A stretch of DNA of 63,601 nucleotides, filler included, from Octopus bimaculoides (lineage: Eukaryota): NCBI RefSeq assembly GCF_001194135.2. It is 5 parts of 4 records of this genome, joined end to end, with 100 filler letters (N's around TTAATTAATTAA, not from the genome) between each part and the next. Parts side by side here need not be neighbours in the genome. Positions count along the whole stretch, not along the records: positions 44,827 to 59,312 come from NC_068981.1; positions 59,413 to 63,601 come from NC_068981.1; 3 more parts are not named here. The stretch is one strand, 5' to 3'. Made by a program: the position numbers and the translations under genes. This document shows positions 52,272-63,601 of the stretch, in pieces; positions within the stretch are counted from its first letter, which is position 1, and each line of letters opens with the position of its first letter. The notes under the pieces are model-generated. The model searched no databases, had not been told where the DNA came from, and saw only the letters and a list, made by a program, of their open reading frames with translations.

Positions 52272-53369
52272 CTAGATATATATGCATGCATACATATATA
52301 TTCATATGCATACATATTTATATGTGTGCGTGCGTGTGCCATTCGTATCCACACAGGACAGTGTGTGAATGCTTAAGTTCTCTTCCAATATGTTCTTTAT
52401 GAACTAGTAAAAGTTGCTAAAGAAAGTTACATAGAGGTCGACTAAGGACGACTAAAATTAAATATTTAGAAATGACAAAGACAGTCGTAATACTGTAAAA
52501 TCCTCAACTAACGACTTTATTGAAGAAAGTCGCTGAAAGAATACAACCAATATACGATTTAAAAATACGAATCTAATCCTGAATGTGTACATTTTGATGA
52601 GTTACGAGAGAGGAAGAAGATATGGAGCATAAGTATGGCTGATGATGAAAAACATAAAATATAAAATTGTGAAAATGTACATTATAAATCACTAAAAGAG
52701 GAGGGAAAACTGTTAATGGATACGAATGCAAAAAAAAAAAAATAATAAAAATTAAAATAAATTGCAAGACATCGCACAACTGCGATGAGAGGAATACGTG
52801 AGCCAAAGAAATGATTTCAGACAGAAAAATTGTGTAGTGAATGAGGAACAAGAGAAATACGTCGGTGCAGTCGGCATAGAAATAAGATAAGTTGTAGCCG
52901 TGGGATGGCTGAGCTATGCGGTTCTCATACAGAAGAGTGTCAAGCTATAGGGCAAAGTACCAACAGTTTGCTGTGGGGTGAAAATGTTTAAGAATGAAGA
53001 TAATGATGATGATAATGACAATCTTCATCTTTTGCTTGTCTCAGTCGTTTAGTAGCGGCCACGCTGGGGCATTTCCATGAAGCGTTTTAGTCGAACAAGT
53101 CGATCCCAGGATTTATTTTTGTTAGGTCTAGTACTTATTCTATCGGTTTCTTTTGCCGAACCACAATGTTACGAGGACGTAAACACGTCAATACCTGTTA
53201 ATCGTTGGTGGGAAACAAACGAAAACACACACTCACGCACACACACGTACACACATACACACACGCGGACACACACACGCACACATACACGGCGGTCTTC
53301 CGTCAAACAAATACACTCACAAGGCCTTGCTTGGTTGGAGGTTATAGTACATGGGTATTTTGGCGCTGG

Positions 53370-55640
53370 TGAGTAACATTTCTTAGGGATTGCGGTTGTC
53401 TGTTGCCTTTCATCATCCTATGTGTTTCCAGTGCCTTTTCATTCGCAGGTCATTTATAATGAGGGGTATGTTTTGGTGGATGATATATGTTTCCATGTTC
53501 CGCCTATTGTGTGTTGATACTTAAGATAGAGTTTTAAGTCTGTCATGGTGTTTTCTCTTCCGTAAGTCTTGGATGTCTATCATTTCTGCACGTTCTATTC
53601 CGTTTTTATTAGACAGGCCGGGTAATGTGTTTTAAAGTTCTTGGTGTCGCTTTTCTCAGGTTTTCAGGATTTGATGCAATCGTGCAAATTCTTCTTGCTA
53701 AGTTGAATGTTATATTTACTTGAGTATGTTTTGGGTGGCAGGAGGAGAATGGAAGATATTGTTTTTAGTCCGTTGATTTGAAGAATGTCGGTTTCAGTTT
53801 CAGAATCTCATTTTATGATTATGATGTCCAGGAAGGGTAGTTCTTTGTGGATGTATTCCATTGTGAACTGGATACTGTAGTTAATGCTGTTGATTAAGAT
53901 TTCTTAAATTTTGAGAGTTGTTCAGGGTCATGTGGCCACAAAATGAAACAATCATCCAGGTAGCGTTTCCAGTTGGTGAGTAAGTAATTTTGGAAGTTGT
54001 CTCCAAATTTCAGTGTAGCATTCTCTTAAATTTGGACTTCCAAGTATGCCACGTCAAGGCTGGCAAAGTAAGAGCTACCCTCGTTCCAATCACCGTGCCC
54101 AATTTTTGTCTGTAAGCGTTCTCGTTGAAGTTGAAGATCTCGAATTGTATTTGTTTTAAATTTTTGAGGTAGGAGTAAATTATGGGGATAATTGGATACC
54201 AAATCACAAAAGTTATCCAGAGTTTCATTTCTTCCTTCTGTCGGACTGTAGTTACCATTATTATGAAGTATTGAGTTATTATTAGTTTCTTTATCCGATA
54301 GTTCTTCAGTGACTCGAAGTTTTTTGCAGAATTCTTGGATATCATTTTGTGTCTAATTTAGGTTCGATCTTTATGGTGTTGGGAATGAATTTCAGTCTTT
54401 TTGGGAGAATTTTGATTTGTTGGTTTGATTTGTTGGTTTGAAAGGTTTTTATGTGAAAGATTTATCACATTTAGGATCTCACATTTGGTTGGTGCCATCG
54501 AGTGTCCCGGTTTTAGCCCAGTTTGCCTAAAAGATGTTTTCTTGGGTTTTGATATAAGGAATTAGTGCTCCTGTTGATTGTCCTTCCATTGACCCTTGGT
54601 CTAATGTGGGTTCTCTGCTCTCGTTGGTTCTGACTGGGGCTGTCGTAATGGTTATATGTTGTGGTTTAGACGAGGTGATCATTGTGGAAATAAGTCTCGG
54701 GCGGGAGAAGGTCCTACTTTTTCTTTGGTCGTGTTCGAAGTCTTCATTATGTGGGATGTTTCTCGGACGTGGGGAGTTCTTATTTCTCTTATATTTCTGT
54801 CCGAAAGAGTTATTCACGAGGGCATTACGTCTACGACGTGGAGAGTTCTTGTGGGTGAGATGGCTTTCTGTATCTTTGAGTGGAGGTGTTTTGTCTTGCG
54901 GTGAAGGGTGAGTTGGAATTTCCCATTTTGTGTTTTTGATGAGTATTTGGAACACTGAACAGGGTATTAGTAATTCTTGGTTCTGGATTGGTATTCAGGT
55001 ACTGTTCCGGTTGCGTGGAGTTCGTAATGTTTAGTTAATTTTCAAGAATGATTTTCATCCTTGAATTTGTCCTCATAGTGATTGAACCAATTGTTGCATT
55101 TTTATCCCATCTTTGAAGTGTGATTACTTCTGCGTTTTCAAATTTCTGTGTCCAGAGTAAAGTGGTATTGTCAAAAAGTTCCCCTTGAGCTTTTTCGCGA
55201 TTTCAACCTCCATATCTTCATTAATTGAGGTAATCTTTTCTTGGTGGGATTGAGCTCTGATAGTTTCAGGAGTTCTATTTCCATTTTGGAGAACCACTTT
55301 TTCCTTAAGTTCTCTCTGTTTTGCTGGTTCATCTAGGATGGCTTTAATTTGTAGCTTTCTTGCGAGGATATAAGAGGTTGAGTTGATCCATCTCTCGGAT
55401 ATCTCTGCTTTATTGAAATTCTTGATCATGTTTCAGAAAGCGAATTTACGGCTTTTATAATTTTTGGCCCATACTAGAAGTATAGCTTTCTTTATACCAG
55501 AAGGATGTTGACAGGTGAGGTTATTTTTTTTTCCGTTTCAGGATTACCGTTATTTTCAGTTATATGTATTAGTGAGGTTTCAAATAATTTACAGATTTTT
55601 TCGAGGGTTTCACTAATTCCTGTCTGTAGAGTTCTTCCTT
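53370..55640 (-). mobile_element. Penelope-like retroelement, decayed N-terminal region and RT with internal deletion
   Basis: FPTP*RSNLN*TQNDIQEFCKKLR, FNFNENAYRQKLGTVIGTRVA, WKRYLDDCFILW, IQFTMEYIHKELPFLDI. Confidence 0.88.
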
Positions 55641-55750
55641 TTACCGGAATAGAACATGCAAAAATGATAGATATCTAAGACTTACGGATGATAGACATCC
55701 AAGAATTACGGAAAACAAGAAAACACCATGACACACTTGAAACTTTATAT

Positions 55751-57610
55751 TATTTTGATGCCATCTTAAAGGGGAAGAAAAATAAACTGTTACAAGGAAT
55801 ACTTCATAAAGGATTATAGATGGGATACAAATTGAAGAAGCAAGTTTTTACCTTAGTTTACTGATACCATTAAATCAAAATCAAAATATATAGATATATA
55901 AAGATTAGAAAGGAGATTTATATATATAAATAATTAAGGACATACTGTATAATTTAATACATATCAATATAAGGTTGCAGCATATAACTAATTTTATGAA
56001 AAAAATATAAATTTATAAATTGTCACGAAATTTTTATGCTTTGCAAACTTTAATAATATAATGTGATAAAATAAAAAAATATAGCCAAATATAAAAATAA
56101 AATATAATATAAGAAAATATAAACAAATATAAAAAAATGTACATATACAAAGGCATGAAAATATAAAACAAAATATTTAATATAGATTAAGCTAATAGTA
56201 CCTCATTTTCTACGAAAATCTGGGAACTTAAAGATAATAATATAGATTTCAGTCTTAATTCTGATTTAGTACGTAGAGCTCAACCGTACACAAATAACCG
56301 ATATGCATGTAAACTATGTTGTATGGAATTGTATGACATTTTTAAATATAGAGATAAGAACAACTGAATTGATAATAGATTAGATGTTGTACTGTCATGT
56401 GTTCGTAAGATCACCTGTATCTTTAAATGCATTAGGAGGGGATACTTTTTTACTATATCATAATTTTTTGTGACTAAAAAAGAAGAAAATTCTCTTTAAG
56501 TCCTTTGATCTCTCAACTCTTAGTAATCATATATACCTACCCAATCTCAGTGGTGAATCTATTTTATCACAGTCAATATAAATATACTATTTTTACCTAA
56601 CGAGTGCTGAATTTTCAAATCTCCCCTAGTTATAAAATATACCCTCTCTGACCTGATACTATCATACCTCAATCTTTGCTCTTCATAGTAGTTTAAACAT
56701 TTTAAATAATCTATTTCTGATGATAATTGTAATTCAATTTTATTTTTATTATACCCCAGTGTACTTGTGCCTTATATTAGTAATCAATATTCTGGTTATA
56801 GCTACTTTTATATATAAATTTCATTATAATCATTTCTTCATTTTCATTTTATATTACCTTATTTCCTTTTTTATATGGCTTACTTTTAGAAAAACAATTT
56901 TAAAGAAAGATTTTTTTTCAATATAACTCATTTTTATAAATTCGTATTATAGCTTTTAGTATAATTCTTCTCCGAGATATTTTCTTATATTTCCTCGTAT
57001 ATTTTATAAATCCTATATCTTATATCCTTATAACTTAACATTTTATATACCCTTCATATATTTTTCATAATGTTTGTATGTTTTATTAATACTTTGACAG
57101 TTTTAAATTATTTTCGTATATTCCACCGTGTACTGTGAACCTAGAATTATAAAATTATTATATTTTTTACACATTGTAATTTTTTTATATATATTAAAGA
57201 TTTTATGATTTATATTTTCATATCTTTGTGTATATATCCTTTGTATTTTTTATATTTTCTTATATTAAATTTTATTTTTATAATTCTTGTGTTTTATTTC
57301 CTTATATCTTTAATGCTTTATGGCAAAAAATATTTGGTGGTAATTTATAGTTTTTAATTTTTTTTCATAAAATTCGTTATATGAAGCAAATTTATATTAT
57401 CATATGTTAAATTATACGTTATGCCCTTATTTATTTATATATAAATTTTACTTCTTGCTTTATATATATATACATATACATTTTGCTTTAATGGTATCAA
57501 TAAACTAAGGTAAAAACTTACTCCTTCAATCTATATCTCGTCCATAATCCTTTAAGAGGTATTCCTTGTAGCAGTTCATTTTTCTTCCCCTTTAAGATGA
57601 CAATCAAAAT
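55751..57610. repeat. Long diverged inverted repeat, arms ~430 bp (55751-56180 and 57190-57610), ~1-kb spacer
   Basis: CATCTTAAAGGGGAAGAAAAAT.AACTG.TACAAGGAATAC...AAGTTTTTACCTTAGTTTA.TGATACCATTAAA matches on opposite strands and alignment continues through the AT-rich arm. Confidence 0.85.
56190..56390 (+). mobile_element. Penelope-like endonuclease C-terminal remnant
   Basis: STSFSTKIWELKDNNIDFSLNSDLVRRAQPYTNNRYACKLCCMELYDI. Confidence 0.75.
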
Positions 57611-58333
57611 AAGCTTTATCAGCCATCCCCATTTTCCCTTTCTTCTATTACCACTCCCCCATCAGACATCCTTTACCAACCCATTACCTACTCTTTTGGG
57701 GCTGATATATCCGGATGTAAAGTTCCATTATCTCAGATAGTAAAACGTTCTATCATGATACTAATTAATTTATAACTCCCTAAACATTTCATTTTCGATG
57801 ATTCGAAGACTACATTTTCCCCATTGTCTTCGATGTGTTGATAACAGGGTCACTACTGTCATTCATCCCTCCACACCACTCTAGCCTATGATTATTCTTG
57901 TCTTGTCTGTTGCTGTATTGTCCTTTTTTCATACTACCAAAAACGTTTAGCAGCAGAATCATTGTAAATATTTTCTCTCAATTGATATGAATATGTTTAA
58001 ATATATAACTTGCCCTTTATACTTGGAGTCTATGCAGTCATCTGATGAGAACGGTTTTCTTTGTAACGATCTAATGCTTTCATTGATCAATTAAAGGAGT
58101 TGCTCGAAAGGGCCGCATTGAATTGACACTTACACATCATTATTCCTCATATTTTACTCGCATATGATGGAATCTGCACTTCGGAAGTATATGGAAAGTA
58201 TCTTTATATAAAGTACATGTCTGAACAAAAAAGCGCAGTTTTTTTCTCTAAGTTGGATCGTGGCAACTGCATACACTGCATGAATATCGGGCGGAAAAAA
58301 ACCTATATAGCGTTTGATACTAACCTAATATAG

Positions 58334-58725
58334 TGGAGACGTGATGGTCCAGTGGTTAAGTCAGCGGACACGCGGTCGTAGGATCGCGGTTTCGATTCCC
58401 AGAACGGACGTTGTGAGTGTTCATTGAGCAAAAACACCTAAAAGCTCCACGAGGCTGCAGCAGGGGTGGGGTGGCGAACCCTGCTGTACTATTTCACCAC
58501 AACTTTCTCTCACTCTTTCTTCCTGTTTCTGTTGTACTTGTATTTCAAAGGGCCAGCCTTGACACACTCTGTGTCATGCTGAAATTTCCCGAGAACTACG
58601 TTAAGGGTACATGTGTCTGTGGAGTACTAAGCCACTTCCACGTTAATTTCACTAGTAGGCTCTTCCATTGACCGGATCAACTGGGACAGATGGAATTCGT
58701 AACCGACAGAATTCCTCAACGACGA
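58334..58725 (+). mobile_element. tRNA-derived SINE family C, full length
   Basis: Pol III A box TGGTCCAGTGG (58345-58355), B box GGTTTCGATTCC (58388-58399); body matches the minus copy at 60347-60728; a decayed 3' half lies at ~31180-31340 (-). Confidence 0.9.
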
Positions 58726-58826
58726 CAGAGCTAATATTGCTCTACATTTTAAAGATGAGAAATTCTGCCAATCTTTTAGATTATTTACATTGGACGGATA
58801 TATATCCTCGTCTTGTTTGTTATTAT

Positions 58827-58868
58827 CACAACGTTTCGGCTGATTGACTCTCCAGCCTTCATCAGGTG
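58827..58868 (-). ncRNA. Minimal type I hammerhead motif, canonical CUGAUGA core
   Basis: Minus strand CAC-CTGATGA-A-GGCTG[GAGAGTCAAT]CAGCC-GAA-ACGT-T-GTG: 5-bp stem II, palindromic ACGT, GUU triplet. Confidence 0.8.
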
Positions 58869-59847
58869 TCCTGATAGAATTTAGAACCCAAGCCTGTGTT
58901 CTCATTCCTAAGATGTTTATCTTATTTTATATTATTATTATTATCATTATTATTATTTTATGTTTGACTTTTGTTTTGCATTTGTACAAGTTGGATCCAA
59001 GTCTCACCCAGAGACCTCAAGAGACAACAAGTTAGAAGTTCATGTAGGTGTTATGCCTGGTGTACCATATATCTGGATTTGTACAGTTTTGTTCAAGTGA
59101 ATGTTTAAGAAACCATAAGAAAATGATGTGTTTGCTTTAAAATTTGAGATCACATAAACAGTATTTCACGTAGGATATGGGCAGTTCCCATGAGCACTAT
59201 CTTTTGAACTTCAGCCATTTTGGGGTTTCCTGGTATCTGAGCTAGGTAGTAATCAGCCCGTTTCGCTGTCATTCCCAGGGCACCTATGACAATAGGTATT
59301 GTTTTCGTCTTCNNNNNNNNNNNNNNNNNNNNNNNNNNNNNNNNNNNNNNNNNNNNTTAATTAATTAANNNNNNNNNNNNNNNNNNNNNNNNNNNNNNNN
59401 NNNNNNNNNNNNTTCTTCCCGCGATCCCTTTTGATCCAAATTATCCCCCCCCCCAAAAGCTCTACTTTGTAATTTGTCCATTTTCTGTATTTAGCCCTGT
59501 GTGGCTATAATAAAAAGATATCTATCTATCTATCTATTATCTGTCTGTCTGTCTGTCTATCTACATTTATACATATACATACATATATATGTGTGTGTGT
59601 ATATGAGTGTGTGTTTATGCATGTATGAGAAAATATTTGATTGCATGTATATATATATACATATTGCTACACACACGTGAACGTGTGTGTGTATACATTT
59701 TTAAGCGCTCACATATGTTTCTTAAAATGTGTGCCTTTGTAGATCTATGTATATATGTGAATGTATGTGACCATAAATTTGCGTATGATATATAATATCA
59801 GATAGTGATTTATATATATATAAATATGTGTGTGTGCGTGCATTTGG

Positions 59848-59980
59848 AGAGAGAGAAAGAGAGAGTGTGAGGGTGACAGGGAGAGAAAGAGAGAGTGTGA
59901 GGGTGACAGAGAGAGAAAGAGAGAGTGTGAGGGTGACAGAGAGAGAAAGAGAGAGTGTGAGGGTGACAGAGAGAGAAAGT
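59848..59980. repeat. 30-nt minisatellite, about 4 copies
   Basis: GAGAGAGAAAGAGAGAGTGTGAGGGTGACA repeated. Confidence 0.92.
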
Positions 59981-60346
59981 AAGAGAGATTGAGAAAGCGA
60001 AACAGAGAAATAGAATATATAAGATTATATTTATAATTTAGCGACAGATTAATCATGCTAATTTTTATGCTTGGCTGAATAATAATTAGAGCAGCTTCGT
60101 ATAAAGTTTCAAAATGTCGCAAAAATAAGAATCTGGACGTTATGGAATTTTGCGTTCCAAATAATCTTACCGTAACGCGGAATTATTTAACGCAAAGCGC
60201 ATTTTACAGTTGGGTACCATGTTATAAATTGAGAAACGTTCCGACAGAAATTTATGTCCAAAGAAAAAAAGAAACTAAATTGATATAACTTCTGTCATGC
60301 ACGAAATCATGATCTTTCAATGTACATGATATAGTGTGTATACATT

Positions 60347-60728
60347 GTTGGCACTCCGTCGCTTACAACGTCGAGGGTTCCAGTTGATCCGATCAACGGA
60401 ACAGCCTGCTCGTGAAATTAACGTGCAAGTGGCTGAGCATTCCACAGACGCGTGTACCCTTAACGTAGTTCTCGGGAATATTCAGCGTGACACAGTGTGA
60501 CAAGGCTGACCCTTTGAAATAAAGGCACAACAGAAACAGGAAGTAAGAGTGAGAGAAAGTTGTGGTGAAAGAGTACAGTAGGGTTCACCACCATTCCCTG
60601 CCGGAGCCTCGTGGTTCTTTGAGGTGTTTTCGCTCAATAAACACTCACGACACCCGGTCTGGGAATCGAAACCGCGATCCTATGACCGCTAGTCCGCTGC
60701 CCTAACCACTGGGCCATTGCGCCTCCAC
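60347..60728 (-). mobile_element. tRNA-derived SINE family C, full length with 12-bp TSD
   Basis: A and B boxes on the minus strand; TGTGTATACATT at 60335-60346 and 60729-60740. Confidence 0.92.
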
Positions 60729-60899
60729 TGTGTATACATTACATTTGAAGAATAATACATGAATGAATAAATAAGAATAGATTTATATCGTTATAGGGTG
60801 TTTGCTTGCTACAAATGTTGTTGACTGTTGTGTGATGGATTGTGGTGCAACAGCTGTTACTGGGATGAAGAGAAGCATCATCTTCTGCTTAGTAGATTA

Positions 60900-62250
60900 T
60901 CATCCTCATAAGCATTTACCAAAGGAGTGACAAAATTATGTGATGTTTGAGTTTTACGTTAACCCATTGCTTTCTAATGTAGGAATTGGACGTTCTATGA
61001 ACTCTCTCACGCAATTTTTGTTACGTTCACGATTCGATTTGTTATCGGCAAAGCAACTTGCTCGCCAGTAATTTATTCATCTTTTTTTGCAGACAAGTGA
61101 AGCTTCTTCATTCGATAAATTTTCTTTGTTAGACCCTATCCACTCTACTGCGTCAACTACGATTTTTTCAATCCGTGCATCATTTGCAAGTCTACCAACA
61201 CATTGCTGAATTTCACGTAGGCTTTCTATTAGTAAACCTACGAGTCGTCTTTGGTACCCACTACTTTCGTTGTTAAACGTTTTTCTCAAAAGCCTTTATC
61301 AGTGGGATTACGTACCTCATAAACTTGTTTTTATAAGTGTCAATTTCTTTAAAATGATTAGGAGTTAGCTGTCGCATCTTGATCCATTGTCTGGAACAAA
61401 GTTGTATATATATTCTCACATTGTGAGAAAGATTATTTACGATCAGTGGGTAGATTGGTGCAGTGTCTAAGAGGAGCAATGCTTTGTTCGAAATACTACG
61501 CTTGCCACTAAACCTTTCTGCAACAGAGCAAAAATATCACCAGAGCCTTCTTATTTGAATGCCAAATCACATGCCGCTTAAGGTTTAATAAAAATACACT
61601 CATATTGATAGATCCATAACAAAGTCTTTGAAAGCAGGGCCTTTCATTTTATATAATCAGCAGTATTTCCTGCCACAAATCATCTGAACTATTTAAATCT
61701 TACTACAGATTTCTGTTCAATGGAAATAAAAATCCCAGGAAAGACCTGTTCCAGAAAAGCCCATTCTTCAGCAATAATTTTTCTCAGCTGCACTGGCAGT
61801 TCTCTCGTAATTTTAGTGCTGCATAAATTAAGCACCTCATAAACGCTTCAAACCATCATTTACTGGCAAGAAAATGTTTTGCGTCAGAAACTGCACCATC
61901 TACTTTCTGCTAATCAACATATATAATTTTGGCTTCCACTTCAATGACCATCGTATTAATAAATTCAACAGTTTAATTGTCAGTACATACACTCATGAGC
62001 CGGTTCATTCTAAACATAATTTCAGATCTGTGCAAAACACTATCTGGACATTTCAAGGAGTAGATGCTGCAATACTTAATTTTGTATAATCTTTTTTACG
62101 GCTCCTCTTCGCACTTAGCCTTTACTTTATAGTGGGTCTGTTCTTATTACTACAGCCCTTTCCAACTCTTCAGTTCAACATTTTTAGATCTTTTGCAGAT
62201 ATTTTTTGTTTTTTCCTTTTTTTTTTTATTAATATAACATATATCAATGT
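60900..62250 (-). mobile_element. Tigger/pogo (CENP-B-like) DDE transposase relic
   Basis: IEVEAK..FLASK*WFEAF, EKIIAEEWAFLEQVF, FVAGNTADYIK*KALL, ALLLLDTAPIYP, PMDQD; many stops and frameshifts. Confidence 0.82.
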
Positions 62251-63269
62251 AAACTATGTGCAACAAAATAAAATTTGCAATTAATTAATTGTGTTGCTTT
62301 TTAAACTCTTAATTACTATTAGTTTTTACTTGAACGCAAAGTTTTTATATTCGAATGCATTTGGATGCATATATTTGAAGAAATTTTAGCTGAATTCGCA
62401 ATTGGTGGAAATTTAGTATGATCTATATTTTTGCCACAAAACAATAACTTTAATGAGAGTAAATCTTTTGATGTATCGATTTTCTTTTACTAATTCCTAT
62501 TTAACAATGTATTAGCAATTTAATTTTCTGAAAGAGCATTTTTTTTACGGTTTAAAAGGCAACTGGAAAAATGTTAATATTCAATTTTCAAATCCTAAGT
62601 ATAAGGTTTCTTTCATTAATTGCAAATATCTTAAAGCGTAAATCACTTACAGCGATATCGCAAATCGATTTTTTTCCCCAAAACTTCATCTGAAAAAGAA
62701 ATATCATGTCATTGAAATAAATGTGCTTAGTTCGTACTTTAAGACATGGTGTTGATCGACATTTGAATCTATATACGCATGCTTTTGGGTTGTTTTGCAT
62801 ATATAGATACAACGGTTCGTATATGAGTGTCTGATGTGTGTATATGCCTGAATTTCTAAATGTCCAAGTAAGTATGAAGCTGTGTGTAAGCAATAAATCT
62901 AATGCTAATTACATATAAACGTGACATGTTGCGTCAGTTGAATGTAAACATATCTAACTGTCAGACTTATTCTTTCAGTTGTGTTGAAATACACCTTAAC
63001 CCATTGAGTTTTGTAGTGTAAAGAAAATCATAAAAAATGACGGGCAGACAGAACAGAAGACGCAAAACAAATGGCGGAAGTCTTCTAGATTGACAGAAAG
63101 ACAAACAGGAAAGGGAGATAGACTTGTATAGATAGATATGTAGATAAATAGTTAGATAGCTAGCTAGATAGATAGATAGTTTGATAGATAGATAGTTTGA
63201 TAGATAGATACACAAATTGATAGAAAGATACCTAAATTGATACACAGAGAGATAATGAGATAGATACAT

Positions 63270-63601
63270 TTCTTTTATTAGCCACAAGGGCTCAACAAAG
63301 ATGGGACAAATACAATGTAGAGCCTTTCTTTTTGGGAGGGGGAAGGAAAGAGAGAAAAAAAAGGGTGTGTCGATCTAAAGGGATCGTAGGAAGGGAAAAA
63401 GGGGGGGAGTTCGATCAAAAGGGATCGAGAAAAAAAAAAGCGATTAATAGGGATCGTGTATCACAGTAATGTTCTCGTGAAAAAAAGAGGGGAGGACGGT
63501 TTAGGTTTAGCCGTGGAAAGAAAAGCCTACGGAAAAGACCACGGTAACCTTGGTCAATATTGTCATTGAAGAAACTATAACAGTAAGTGACTCTCTTTTG
63601 C
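63270..63601 (-). mobile_element. 3' end of a non-LTR-type repeat with AATAAA, abutting GATA-type repeats; same family at 59413-59520 (+)
   Basis: Shared AAA.GCTCTAC.TTGTA.TTGTCC...AGCCCT.GTGGCTA..ATAAAA end in both copies. Confidence 0.55.

Noticed and set aside
397-52354. Numerous ORFs made of X runs or YI/CV/HT/SL repeats
   Set aside because: They are translations of N gaps and di/tetranucleotide microsatellites
58035-58075. CTGATGA motif as another hammerhead
   Set aside because: GAAAC is replaced by GTAAC and no properly placed NUH triplet or stem I is present
58334-58410. Possible tRNA gene
   Set aside because: A and B boxes continue into a SINE body present in several copies; no acceptor stem closure
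1-63601. CRISPR arrays, rRNA or prokaryotic operons
   Set aside because: No repeat-spacer periodicity, rRNA signature or prokaryotic gene density; the sequence is eukaryotic

Overview
Animal (very likely octopod cephalopod) non-coding DNA. The taxon is inferred from the dense (TA)n/(TG)n/(GATA)n microsatellites and from SINE families I recall from Octopus; it was not database-checked. The window has many N gaps and four artificial 100-bp joins (N44-TTAATTAATTAA-N44), so order and distance across those joins are unreliable. No host gene can be called confidently; only a few isolated candidate exons were seen. Almost everything recognisable is decayed mobile DNA: Penelope-like elements (RT + GIY-YIG), CR1-, RTE- and Tx1/L1-type LINE fragments, and restriction-like-endonuclease retroelements (R4/Dong-like, HERO-like). 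DNA elements include mariner, Tigger/pogo, a Chapaev3 element with TTA TSDs, a hAT MITE with an 8-bp TSD and a Helitron 3' end, plus four SINE-type families. Most ORFs in the supplied track are microsatellite or N-run artefacts. The most notable signal is a set of minimal type I hammerhead-ribozyme folds from several unrelated repeat families. Their catalytic cores covary at the tertiary 3:8 pair: C3:G8 at 49003 and 58865, U3:A8 at 14226 and G3:C8 at 51665. One family also carries U at the normally invariant A6. The four least-decayed stem III segments (14226, 34547, 49003, 51665) and the 58865 copy are palindromic, consistent with dimer-dependent cleavage. Activity is untested.
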